This document shows positions 19,101 to 28,051 of a stretch of DNA of 64,000 nucleotides, one piece after another. The stretch is from positions 96,001-160,000 of the forward strand of contig JBIJDH010000001.1 in the NCBI GenBank assembly GCA_044344255.1. The letters are read 5' to 3'. The stretch is from Myxococcota bacterium. Lineage in GTDB: Bacteria; Myxococcota_A; UBA796; UBA2385. The translations under genes and the position numbers were made by a program. How positions within the stretch are numbered: position 1 is the first letter of the stretch; each line of letters opens with the position of its first letter. The notes beneath the pieces are model-generated. The model worked only from the letters and a program-made list of their open reading frames with translations, did not search any database and was not told where the DNA came from.

Positions 19101-20891
19101 ATGCGCCTCCCCCTCTTCGCCCTGTGGGCCGCCCTCGGGCTCTCTTCCCCCGCCCTCGCGGGGACGGCCGTCCCCACGGTCGATCCCGTCGTCCGCACCG
19201 GTGAGAAGGCCCCCAAGGATGTCGCGCTGGTCGTGGGGAACGAGGCGTACACCTCGCTGCCGCAGTTCGTCCGCGGCGGTGAAGACGCGCGCTCCTTCCG
19301 AGACTGGCTCTTGCTCTCCCGGGGGGTCGCCAAGGGGCGCGTGGTCTCGCTCGGCAACGTCGGCCGAGAGGCGATGTTGAAAGAGGCGAAGAAGATCGCC
19401 ACCAAGGTCAAGAAGGGCGGGACGGTGTGGATCTACTACGCCGGGCACGGCGCGGTGACCGACGATGGCCGTCGCCTCCTCCTCGGGGTCGACGCGGGCG
19501 CAGGAAACCTCACCAGCCGAGGCCTCCGCCTCGACGAGCTGATCGACGTCTTCACACGCCCCATGAAGGCCGATCGGGTCATCGTCGTGCTCGACGCCGG
19601 CTTCGGAAACGCCGGGAGAGACGGGCTGGAGCTGATCCCCGGCCGCGACACCAAGGTCCCGGACGGCTTCACGCTGCCCTCGGAGCGGGTGGCCGTGTGG
19701 GCGGCCGCCCGCGACGACGCGCCGTCCTGGTCCTTCGATCCGGGGCGACACGGGCTCTTCACCTGGTCGGCCCTCGGTGCTCTCCGCGGCTGGGCCGACG
19801 GCGAGCTCGATGGTCAGCCCGATGGCCGCGTCACCTTCGAGGAGGCCCAGGCCTACACGGCTCGGCTCGGGGTCTCGGTCGGACGGGCGGCCCACCCCAC
19901 CGAAGATCGACGCCTGGAGCCGCAGGGCTGGGTGCTGGCCCAAGGGAAGGGCCTGGAGCGCGGCCCCGACGCCGCCACCCTGGCCACGGTCGCCCGCGAA
20001 GACATCGCCGCCCGGATGAAGGAGTCAGAGGAGCGCCTCCGCGCCGAGGCCGCCGCCTTCTGGAAGGACACCCTCAACCTCGCTCGCCAGGGGGGCCCGG
20101 CTGGCGAGGAGGCCCTGATGGCCTACATCGGCGAGTTCTCCCGCGCGACCGCGACCCTCTCCTGGGCGGTGCCGATCGCCGAGGTGCAGGACGCCCGCCG
20201 CCTGCTCTCCCGCTACGGCGAGGCCGACGCCACCGAGGCCGTCGCCAAGGCCGCCGTCTCCAGCGGGGAGGAGCTCGCCACCTGCGACAGCCTCCCCCAG
20301 CTCGAGGTGGGGGCCGCCTCCGGCGGGCTCAGCGCCGGCGTGGTCCGCTGCCTCGAGGGTCGGCTCAAGACCGAGCGGCTGCAGACCAACAAGAACAAGC
20401 TCTCGCGCCTCCTCATGGCGAACGCTGAGGCCGCCGGCGACACCACCTCCTGGGAGCGGCTGATCGCCCGACACCTCGATGAGATCGATCGCTCCGACCC
20501 GAACCTGTGCCTCCGCTACTCCGTCTTCCTCCACAAGACCGGCGACCCCGAGAACGCCGAAGAGGCCATCCGCTGGGCGGACTATGCGCTCGAGAACAAG
20601 CAGATCTGGGAGGGCGACGAGTACGTCAAGCGGGTGAACGCGATCTACCGCCTGCGCGCCGAAGCCGCCCAGCGGCTCTGGCAGGACGCCGAGGACCGCT
20701 ACCGCCGCGAGCCCACGCCGGAGATCGACGCGCAGACCCTCGAGTATCGTGGCCTGTCCAAGGACTACGCCCGAGAGTGGCTGGACTACGCGCGAGCGGC
20801 TCGCCAGCCCACCGACACCGCCTACAACCTCTGCACGTCGGCGGCCGGGACCACCTCCTTCTGTCAAGAGGAGCCCAAGGGCCACCCCTGA
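19101..20891 (+). CDS. Secreted caspase-family (C14) domain protein lacking the catalytic Cys, with helical C-terminal domain
   Basis: Signal peptide; ALVVGNEAY, YYAGHG, VVLDAG (expected DAC), HGLFT, ADGELDG.PDGRVT. Confidence 0.82.
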   Translation: MRLPLFALWAALGLSSPALAGTAVPTVDPVVRTGEKAPKDVALVVGNEAYTSLPQFVRGGEDARSFRDWLLLSRGVAKGRVVSLGNVGREAMLKEAKKIATKVKKGGTVWIYYAGHGAVTDDGRRLLLGVDAGAGNLTSRGLRLDELIDVFTRPMKADRVIVVLDAGFGNAGRDGLELIPGRDTKVPDGFTLPSERVAVWAAARDDAPSWSFDPGRHGLFTWSALGALRGWADGELDGQPDGRVTFEEAQAYTARLGVSVGRAAHPTEDRRLEPQGWVLAQGKGLERGPDAATLATVAREDIAARMKESEERLRAEAAAFWKDTLNLARQGGPAGEEALMAYIGEFSRATATLSWAVPIAEVQDARRLLSRYGEADATEAVAKAAVSSGEELATCDSLPQLEVGAASGGLSAGVVRCLEGRLKTERLQTNKNKLSRLLMANAEAAGDTTSWERLIARHLDEIDRSDPNLCLRYSVFLHKTGDPENAEEAIRWADYALENKQIWEGDEYVKRVNAIYRLRAEAAQRLWQDAEDRYRREPTPEIDAQTLEYRGLSKDYAREWLDYARAARQPTDTAYNLCTSAAGTTSFCQEEPKGHP

Positions 20892-20982
20892 CGTCCACCC
20901 TTGACGCCCACCCCTGACGAGAGGGGAGCACCTCCGACGAGGCCGGCCGCAGGCCCGGCGCTCCGCCCCGTTCAAGCCCCGT

Positions 20983-22614
20983 TCAAGTCGTGATGATGCG
21001 GTCCATGCTCATCCAGCGGCGGAGGAGCGTGTTGGTCATCTCGCCGTTGACCGCCATCGCACCCGCGAGCGCGCCCATCTTCACGAAGTTCGTGGCGTTG
21101 GCCATCTGGATCACGGGCCAGGGGTGCTGACGCAGCAGCTCCGACTTCGAGAGCGCCTTCAGCAGGGGCTTCGGCACGAAGGGCTTGGACAGCATCTGGG
21201 TGAGGGCGATCCAGAAGGTGTCCTCCACCGGACGCGGGTACGCGAGGTTGACCCGGTGCTGGTAGAAGATGCGGGTGTTGTCCATCCCGTCGATGTCGTA
21301 CTTGCTGATGAGCTCGCTCTGAAGGAGCTTGTTGCTGAGCTCCGAGCCCGGGAAGACGGTCATCGAGAAGAGGTAGAGATCGTAGGGGTGCGGGAAGGTC
21401 GCGATCATCTCGAAGAGCTTCCGCTTGTCCTCTTCGGTAGAGACGGGGTCGTCGAAGATGAGCTGGAAGTGCGGCTTCACACCGAGCTTGTGGTACATCT
21501 GCGCGATGTCGGCGATCGAAGAGTTCTTCACGCGGCGGTCATAGAGGTGGCCCGTGACCCGCTCGCTCGACTGCACGCCCATGTAGACGCCGGAGAGCCC
21601 CGCGTCTCGGAGCATCGTCATGCGCTCTTCGTTCACGAGCTTGGGCTCGATAAAGATCTCGAAGGGGAGGCCCACGTCGCGGGGGAAGCGCTCGCAGAAG
21701 TCGGTCAACCAGTCAAGCTGGAAGTTGAAGACCTCGTCATCGAAGCGGATGCGCTTGAAGTCCCAGTGGCTGCGGGCGGCCCGGATCTCCTCCACCATGC
21801 TCGCCGGAGAGCGCACGCGGAACCACTTCTGGCCGGGGTAGACCTCCTTCTTGTAGGTAGAGTTGTAACAATAGCTGCACTTGTAGATGCAGCCGCGGCT
21901 CCCCATCATCTGGAAGACGGGGTCGCCGTGCATGGGGTCGCCCACCATGTACCGCTTGCCCTGGATGAAGTACTTGTGCGCGTGGGTGACGTAGTCCCGG
22001 AAGGCGAGATCATCGAGATCACCGACCAGGGGGCGGAGGCCGTTCTTCTGGACCTCATCCCGCCCGGTGCGGAACCAGAGGTTGGGTGAGGCCAGGGTGT
22101 CGTCGGCGCCATCGCGGAGGCGGTTGGCGAGCTCCAGCAGGGCCAGCTCACCCTCCCCGGAGAGCACCATGTCGGCGTGGTCAATACACTCGCCGGGCAT
22201 CATCGTCGCGTGCATGCCCCCCCAGAGCACGGGGATCTCGTGCTCGAGGTGCAGGTGCTCGGTGATGACACGCGCCTGCTGGGCATAGGCGCTGGCGCGG
22301 ATCGAGATGCAGACGAGATCGAGCTCCTCCTTCCGCACCACCTGCGAGAGGGTGGCGAGCTCTTCGGCGGAGGCGGGGTCCAGGTGGTTCGAGACCCAGT
22401 CCTTGAAGTAGATCTCGACGACGTGGTGCCCTTGGGCCCGCAGCGTCGCCGCGAGGATCCGGACCGCGTTGTTCTCGACGTCCCAGGTGCTGAGGATGCC
22501 GATGCGTGGGCCGTGCGCGCTGGCTTGACGGAAGATCCGGTCCAAGCGGTGATTCTTGTTGCCCGCAAACGCTCCGCTCCGCAGGGGGGCGGGCTTGGCC
22601 AGGGTCGGGTTCAT
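20983..22614 (-). CDS. B12-binding domain radical SAM protein
   Basis: WGGMHAT, GEGE, SRGCIYKCSYC (CxxxCxxC), RFDDE, MGVQS. Confidence 0.93.
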   Translation of the reverse strand: MNPTLAKPAPLRSGAFAGNKNHRLDRIFRQASAHGPRIGILSTWDVENNAVRILAATLRAQGHHVVEIYFKDWVSNHLDPASAEELATLSQVVRKEELDLVCISIRASAYAQQARVITEHLHLEHEIPVLWGGMHATMMPGECIDHADMVLSGEGELALLELANRLRDGADDTLASPNLWFRTGRDEVQKNGLRPLVGDLDDLAFRDYVTHAHKYFIQGKRYMVGDPMHGDPVFQMMGSRGCIYKCSYCYNSTYKKEVYPGQKWFRVRSPASMVEEIRAARSHWDFKRIRFDDEVFNFQLDWLTDFCERFPRDVGLPFEIFIEPKLVNEERMTMLRDAGLSGVYMGVQSSERVTGHLYDRRVKNSSIADIAQMYHKLGVKPHFQLIFDDPVSTEEDKRKLFEMIATFPHPYDLYLFSMTVFPGSELSNKLLQSELISKYDIDGMDNTRIFYQHRVNLAYPRPVEDTFWIALTQMLSKPFVPKPLLKALSKSELLRQHPWPVIQMANATNFVKMGALAGAMAVNGEMTNTLLRRWMSMDRIITT

Positions 22615-22701
22615 CGGCGGACCTCCATCTTTGGGCCTTAACGCGGGGCCCTCGCCGGTCCAGCGCGAGCCTTCGAAGCGTGGCCTACCGCGTAAGCGCC
22701 C

Positions 22702-23214
22702 TCAGCCCCGCGACGTGGGAGGTGGCCCCGACCAGCTCCGGGAGAGCCCCACTCGACGACGCGCGAAGAGACAGTTCGCGCTGCCGAGCGTGAAGTCGCG
22801 ACAACACCGCGGGCGGTCCGCATAGATCCTGCAGAGCAACGAGCCGGGGGTCAGCGCTACACAACGGTTGTCGAGCGTGCGGCGTACACCGAGCCGACCG
22901 TCGTGCACCTCGAGGAGCTCCGGCGCCGCCCGGCGCAGGGGATCCCGGCGGGACACCTCCACCGCGTCAAAGGCGGGACCGCAACACGCCCCACAGCGGA
23001 GGCAATCGAGCGCCGGCTCCCACCTCGGACAGGCGGCCCAGCCAAGCTCGATCCGCGCGCCGTCCGCGGCGAGGCATCGGGGCACCCGCCGCCCTGGCCC
23101 GCGGAGGCCGGACCAGGCACAGCTCCCGCAGGTCTCTCCGGCAAGGGGAAACCCTCCGTTTTCGGAGGCGGTCTGATCCGGCTCAGTCGATGAAGGGAGG
23201 GTCGGCGGTGACAC
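22702..23214 (-). CDS. YkgJ family Cys-cluster protein with an extra N-terminal Cys motif
   Basis: CLRCGACC...C...CRIYADRPRCCRDF; upstream CGSC..C..C; start uncertain (GTG 23214). Confidence 0.8.
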   Translation of the reverse strand: MSPPTLPSSTEPDQTASENGGFPLAGETCGSCAWSGLRGPGRRVPRCLAADGARIELGWAACPRWEPALDCLRCGACCGPAFDAVEVSRRDPLRRAAPELLEVHDGRLGVRRTLDNRCVALTPGSLLCRIYADRPRCCRDFTLGSANCLFARRRVGLSRSWSGPPPTSRG

Positions 23215-23335
23215 CAACCTCCAGCTCTCCGCCAAACCAACCGGAGGTTGACAATTCTCATCGGGGTTGCGGGTGGTCACGTTAGCCTCTCAGTGACGCA
23301 ACGAAGGCTAAGTCTTCTCTCTTCTCTTCTTCTCA

Positions 23336-23351
23336 TGGCACGATCGATGCA
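23336..23351 (+). promoter_or_regulatory. Sigma54 (-24/-12) promoter
   Basis: TGGCACGATCGATGCA = GG-N10-GC, near-consensus, in a lower-GC intergenic region. Confidence 0.7.
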
Positions 23352-23524
23352 AGCCAACCAACCCATCCGCGATCGCAAGCGGAGGGACGCTTATCGAAAC
23401 CATTGTCGCCAAGCCGGTAGTCCTGCGCCAATGACGAAACCTTGTAATCGCCCGTTATGGCCAATTGGCGGTGAACCATGAAAGGTGATCTTGCAGTCAC
23501 AAGTTGTCCAGCCTCCGAGATGTC

Positions 23525-24166
23525 ATGAAACGTCACAATGTTGCGCTACAAGACCCGCCGCCACCCGCGGCCGTTGCCCCTCTCTCGCCCTTCGTGCACG
23601 CGCTGGCCGAGCGGGAAGCCCTCGCATGGCACCTGCCACGCCCCCGCCAACGGCGCGGCGCGTCCGAGCCAGAGCCGCGGAGCCCGGCCTTGGCCTTCGG
23701 CCCCCACGGCACCACGGCGCACTTGGAGCTGCGCGCGGAGCAAGAGGCCCCAATTGTGGCGTCGTCGGCAGCATCCCCACCGCTCACGGTTCGGCGCGCC
23801 CTCGAGCGGGCCGGCGGGCTCGCAGGGGCGGCTTGGCTCGCCGACGAGCTCCAACGCGAGACCGGGGAGCCCCTCAGCGTTCGAATGGTCCGCGATCGGT
23901 TCCGGAACATCGGGAGCCATGTCCGCAAGTTGGGCGCGGGCTACTATGCCCTCAAGGACCACCCCGCCCCTCCCCTGCCGAGGTGGGCGGCGTGGTGGGT
24001 CCACGCCCGCGGCCCTTGCCCCGTTGCCGATCTCGTCGAGGCGATCTTGAAGGCTTACCCCAACGGTGACCCCCGCGCGGTCCACGCCTGGCTACACCAA
24101 GAGCCCTCCCCGCTGGTCGTGACCGCCGGGCGGGTGCACATCGTCACCAGCCGGCGTCCCGCGTGA
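23525..24166 (+). CDS. Hypothetical protein, possible winged-helix domains
   Basis: Open frame downstream of the sigma54 site; helical segments with G.GYYAL wing-like ends; GTGA overlap with next gene. Confidence 0.6.
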   Translation: MKRHNVALQDPPPPAAVAPLSPFVHALAEREALAWHLPRPRQRRGASEPEPRSPALAFGPHGTTAHLELRAEQEAPIVASSAASPPLTVRRALERAGGLAGAAWLADELQRETGEPLSVRMVRDRFRNIGSHVRKLGAGYYALKDHPAPPLPRWAAWWVHARGPCPVADLVEAILKAYPNGDPRAVHAWLHQEPSPLVVTAGRVHIVTSRRPA

Positions 24167-24414
24167 GCCCCCTGATCGGTCGCGTGCTGGAGCGCCTCGT
24201 GGAAGAGCTCTGCGCCCGCGGTCAGCTTGAGCTCAAGCCCGGCGTCTCTCCGAGCGCGCTCGCCCAGTCGCTGGGCGCCGATTTGGCAGGGGCGCAGGGC
24301 TTCGCGCAGCTCGGCCCCTTCCTGGGCGCCGCGCTGGAGCGCTCCCCCCTCGTCGAAGAGCTGTTCGCCAGCAACCGGGACATTGTGGCGCTCGTCAATC
24401 AGCTCTCCGTCTAG
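24163..24414 (+). CDS. Small hypothetical protein
   Basis: GTGA overlap with previous gene; helical 83 aa ending SPLVEELFASNRDI. Confidence 0.7.
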   Translation: MSPLIGRVLERLVEELCARGQLELKPGVSPSALAQSLGADLAGAQGFAQLGPFLGAALERSPLVEELFASNRDIVALVNQLSV

Positions 24415-24451
24415 GCTGGCCGCTCGGTGGCGGCGCGGTAGAGTGACGGCC

Positions 24452-25129
24452 ATGAAGACCCTCCCGCTCCTCCTCCCGCTCCTCGTCGCCTGCACCAGCA
24501 GCGGCGCCCCATCGAACAAGGACCGCGCTGGCGGTGACGACGCCGACAGCGGCGCGACAGGCTCCGACGGCTCCGACGGCTCCGACGGCGCGGACGGCGC
24601 GGACGGCTCCGACGGATCCGACGGCTCCGACGGCGCGGCGGACAGCGGCGCGGTCGCCTCCCTCCACGGCGACATCCCCGACTCTGCTCTGCCGCTGCCC
24701 ACCTTCGAGGCCACCAACCGCGACGGCACGCCTCGAAACCAGAACGACCTCCTCACGAATCCGACCGTGATGTGGTTCTACCCAGCCGCCGCGACCGGTG
24801 GCTGAACGGCCGAGGGTTGCGGGTTCCGCGACCTCCAGGAAGAGTTTGACGCCATCGGCGTGCGCATCGTCGGTGTGAGCTTCGACTCCCCTTCGAAGAA
24901 CCAGAGCTGGGCCGAGGGTGAGGGCTTTACGTTCGAGCTGTGGACCGACAGCGATCGCACGCTCGCGCTCTACTACGGCGCCGCCAGCTCAGAGGACCAG
25001 CTCTACGCCGAGCGCCTCACCAAGATCCTCGACGCCGAGGGGACGCTCGTGCTCGAATACTCGGTGACGAGCATCCCCTCGCACCCCGCCAACGTGCTCG
25101 AGGACTGCATCGCCCTCTTTGGCGGCTGA
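24452..25129 (+). CDS. Lipoprotein BCP/PrxQ-type peroxiredoxin, probable selenoprotein (Sec at TGA 24803-24805), 225 aa
   Basis: LVAC lipobox; WFYPAAATGG-TGA-TAEGCGFRD aligns with BCP FYPxxxTPGCTxEAC; same frame continues IVGVSFDS...LWTDSDR...RLT; SECIS-like hairpin downstream. Confidence 0.88.
24560..24631 (+). repeat. 8 x 9-bp coding tandem repeat (Gly-Ser/Ala-Asp)
   Basis: GGCTCCGAC / GGCGCGGAC / GGATCCGAC units. Confidence 0.9.
24812..24835 (+). promoter_or_regulatory. Bacterial SECIS-like stem-loop
   Basis: GGTTGCGG-GTT-CCGCGACC hairpin; G-starting loop 17 nt after the TGA. Confidence 0.75.
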
Positions 25130-25183
25130 CCCGGGGCGGGCGCCCGGGGCGCCGCTCGGGTAGATTCGGCCTTCGGAGTCGCC

Positions 25184-26935
25184 ATGCCCCTCGATCGGCC
25201 CTCACGCCGCCCCGCCCTCCTCGCGAGCCTGCTTCCACTCCTCTTGAGCGGGGCGCCCTTCGCCTGCAAAGAGGAGGCCGAAGGCGGTGACAAAGCAGGG
25301 GGCGGCGGCGAGACCGGCGACGCCTGGCGCCCCGATCTCGTCTGCCCTGGCGACGCAGGCTGCGAGACGAACGAAGGCGCCTTCCAGGCCGGCGCTGCCG
25401 CCCTGCCGATCACCCCCACCTGCTTCGAGAGCTGGACCGACCTCGACGGCTCGCTCACGTACAGCTCCAGCCAGGACAGCTTTAACGACTGCGGCTGCGA
25501 CCGCCTCTGCGAGGGAGATGAGGGCTACCCCGGCCCTGACGCCGGCGAGGCGGACGGCGAATTCCAGCCGATCTGGATCGCCGGCTTCGGCCAGGGCCGC
25601 GCCGCCACCGATGTGCACGACGACACTTGGGCCCGCGCCGCGGCCTTCCGCTCCGGCGACACCACCGTGGCCCTGGTCTCCCTTGACCTCGTCGGCCTGT
25701 TCAACAACGACGTCGTCCGAATCCGGGACGCGGTGAAGGCGGCGGGGGTCGACGTCGACCACGTCGTCGTCCAGTCCACCCACGTCCATGAGACGGCCGA
25801 CACGCTCGGGCAGTGGGGCTCCAACTTCTCCCGCCGCGGCGTCAACGACGACTACCTGGCCTACGTGATCAGCCAGTCTGCGGCAGCCGTGCAGCAGGCT
25901 GTCGCCCAGCTCGAGCCGGCCACGCTCACCACCGGCGTGATCGACAGCGCCGCCCCCTTCGGCGCCAAGGGCACCCGCAACACCGTGCGGGACAGCCGCG
26001 ACCCGGTCGTCATCGAGGAGCGCGTGAAGGTGGCCTGGCTCACGGGAGCCGACGGCCACACCATCAGCACGCTCGTCAACTGGGGCAATCACCCCGAGGT
26101 CCTGGGCGGTGACAACACCCTCATCACGAGCGACTACGTGCACTACCTCCGCCAGGGGGTCGAGCAGGGTGTGAGCTGGGACAGCGGCGACCGCGCCGGC
26201 CTGGGCGGCGTCTGCGTCTTCGTCGAGGCCTCCGTGGGGGGGCTGATGACCCCCCTCGGCATCACCGTCACGGACATGGACGGGGCCGACTTCGAAGGAG
26301 ACACCTGGGAGAAGGCGGAGGCCCTCGGAAAGGTGGTGGCCGACCTCGCCCTCCAGGCCGCGGCCGGTGGATCGGAGGCCACGGAGCCCCGCGTGGCGGT
26401 CTCGACCACCCGTTTCTTCGTCCCGGTAGAGAACTATGCCTTCCAGGCGCTGTTCCTCCTCGGGACCTTCGACCGGCCGATCTTCAACTACGACCCCGAC
26501 CGCGACCTCGACGAGACGAACATCCCCGATCTCGAGACCGAGGTGAACCTCGTGACGGTCGGCCCCATCCGTATGTTGTCCATCCCCGGCGAGCTCACCC
26601 CCGAGCTCGCCATCGGCGGCTACGACGGCAGCCGCGTGAACACCGACGAGGTCGAGCTCATCAAGGCCGACAACCCGAACCCGCCCGACCTCAGTCTGGC
26701 CCCCACCGGCCCTTACTTCGAAGACCTCATGGGGGGCGAGCAGGCCTGGATCATCGGGCTCGGCAACGACGAGATCGGCTACCTCATCCCTCCCTATGAC
26801 TACAAGCTGAACGAGTCCTCGCCCTACCTCGTCGACGCCGAGGGGGATCACTACGAGGAGACCAACTCGGTCGGGCCCTCGGCGGCCCCGGCCATCATCG
26901 CCGCGGTCGAGGCCCTGACAGGCTACACCCCATAG
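25184..26935 (+). CDS. Lipoprotein, neutral/alkaline ceramidase-like metallohydrolase
   Basis: PFAC lipobox; STHVHE, NWGNHPE, IPGELTPE, GLGNDEIGY, HYEE motifs. Confidence 0.78.
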   Translation: MPLDRPSRRPALLASLLPLLLSGAPFACKEEAEGGDKAGGGGETGDAWRPDLVCPGDAGCETNEGAFQAGAAALPITPTCFESWTDLDGSLTYSSSQDSFNDCGCDRLCEGDEGYPGPDAGEADGEFQPIWIAGFGQGRAATDVHDDTWARAAAFRSGDTTVALVSLDLVGLFNNDVVRIRDAVKAAGVDVDHVVVQSTHVHETADTLGQWGSNFSRRGVNDDYLAYVISQSAAAVQQAVAQLEPATLTTGVIDSAAPFGAKGTRNTVRDSRDPVVIEERVKVAWLTGADGHTISTLVNWGNHPEVLGGDNTLITSDYVHYLRQGVEQGVSWDSGDRAGLGGVCVFVEASVGGLMTPLGITVTDMDGADFEGDTWEKAEALGKVVADLALQAAAGGSEATEPRVAVSTTRFFVPVENYAFQALFLLGTFDRPIFNYDPDRDLDETNIPDLETEVNLVTVGPIRMLSIPGELTPELAIGGYDGSRVNTDEVELIKADNPNPPDLSLAPTGPYFEDLMGGEQAWIIGLGNDEIGYLIPPYDYKLNESSPYLVDAEGDHYEETNSVGPSAAPAIIAAVEALTGYTP

Positions 26936-26941
26936 GACTCC

Positions 26942-28051
26942 ATGAGAGATCTGTACACCGTGCTCGGCGTCGCCAAAGACGCTGACCAGGCCACGATTCG
27001 AAAGGCATACAAGAAGCTCGCCCGCGAGTTTCACCCTGACTTGAACAAGGCCCCCACCGCGGCGGACCGCTTCAAGGAGATCAGCGCCGCCTACGAGGTG
27101 CTCGAAGACGAAGAGAAACGCTCTCTCTACAACGAGTTTGGTGAAGCGTCGCTCAAGGGTGGCTTCGACGCCGAGCGCGCCCGCCAGTGGAAGTCGATGG
27201 GCGGCGGCGCGGGGGGTGGCGGCTTCCCCGGCGGCTTCGGGGGAGGCGGCGTGAACGTCGACGACCTCTTCGGCTCGCTCTTCTCCGGCGGGAGACGCGC
27301 CCAGGCCCCGCGGGCCAAGCGGGGCACCGACATCGAGGGCACCGTGCCGATCGGCCTGATGGACGCCCTCAAGGGCGCCACGAACAGCATCACCGTCCGC
27401 CGCCCCTCGAGCTGCGGCGCCTGCCAGGGAGAGGGTGGCACCGGCCGCAGCGCATGCCCCACCTGCCGGGGCACCGGGCGGATGGAGACCCACCAGTTTG
27501 GCGGGCGGATGGCCATCCCCTGTAACGAGTGCGACGGCAGCGGCAGCGCCTTCGCCGACGAGTGTGCCACCTGCGCGGGCACCGGCCGCACGATGCAGGA
27601 GGAGATCCTCAAGGTGAAGGTGCCGGTGGGGGTGAAGGACGGCCAGACCATCCGTCTCCGCGGCAAGGGCGGCGAGGGAGAGCGCGGAGGCCCTTCAGGA
27701 GACCTGCTGCTCACCATCGAGGTGGAGGCGCACCCCTTCCTCGAGCGGGACGGCGACGATCTCCGAATGGAGGTCCCCCTCACCCTCTCCGAGGCGATGC
27801 TCGGCGGCGGCGTGACCGTCCCCACTCCCCTCGACGGCGAGATCAAGGTCAAGGTGCCCCCCGGCGTACAGAACGGGCAGCGGATGCGCATCAAGGGTAA
27901 GGGAGCGGGAGAGGGCACCAGCCGAGGCGACCTCTACCTGGTGATGCGCCCGACCCCTCCCGTGACCGGCTCACCGGAGGCCCAGGAGCTCGCCCGGGCC
28001 CTCGACCGCTTTTATGAGGGAGACGTCCGGGAGAAGCTCCGCTTCGCTTGA
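26942..28051 (+). CDS. dnaJ: Chaperone DnaJ (class A)
   Basis: J domain with HPD, G/F region, four CxxCxGxG repeats, DnaJ_C. Confidence 0.93.
   Translation: MRDLYTVLGVAKDADQATIRKAYKKLAREFHPDLNKAPTAADRFKEISAAYEVLEDEEKRSLYNEFGEASLKGGFDAERARQWKSMGGGAGGGGFPGGFGGGGVNVDDLFGSLFSGGRRAQAPRAKRGTDIEGTVPIGLMDALKGATNSITVRRPSSCGACQGEGGTGRSACPTCRGTGRMETHQFGGRMAIPCNECDGSGSAFADECATCAGTGRTMQEEILKVKVPVGVKDGQTIRLRGKGGEGERGGPSGDLLLTIEVEAHPFLERDGDDLRMEVPLTLSEAMLGGGVTVPTPLDGEIKVKVPPGVQNGQRMRIKGKGAGEGTSRGDLYLVMRPTPPVTGSPEAQELARALDRFYEGDVREKLRFA

Noticed and set aside
23390..23450. Hammerhead ribozyme or c-di-GMP riboswitch suggested by CGAAAC motifs
   Set aside because: No CUGANGA core or recognisable GEMM architecture
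24560..24631. Possible CRISPR or non-coding repeat
   Set aside because: 9-bp in-frame units without spacers; coding linker
24227..25129. Two separate ORFs (24227-24805 and 24860-25129) or a nonsense pseudogene
   Set aside because: Same frame, the stop sits exactly at the catalytic Cys position, and a SECIS-like hairpin follows; Sec recoding explains it better
25202..27493. 763-aa minus-strand ORF
   Set aside because: Antisense shadow of the ceramidase-like gene and dnaJ
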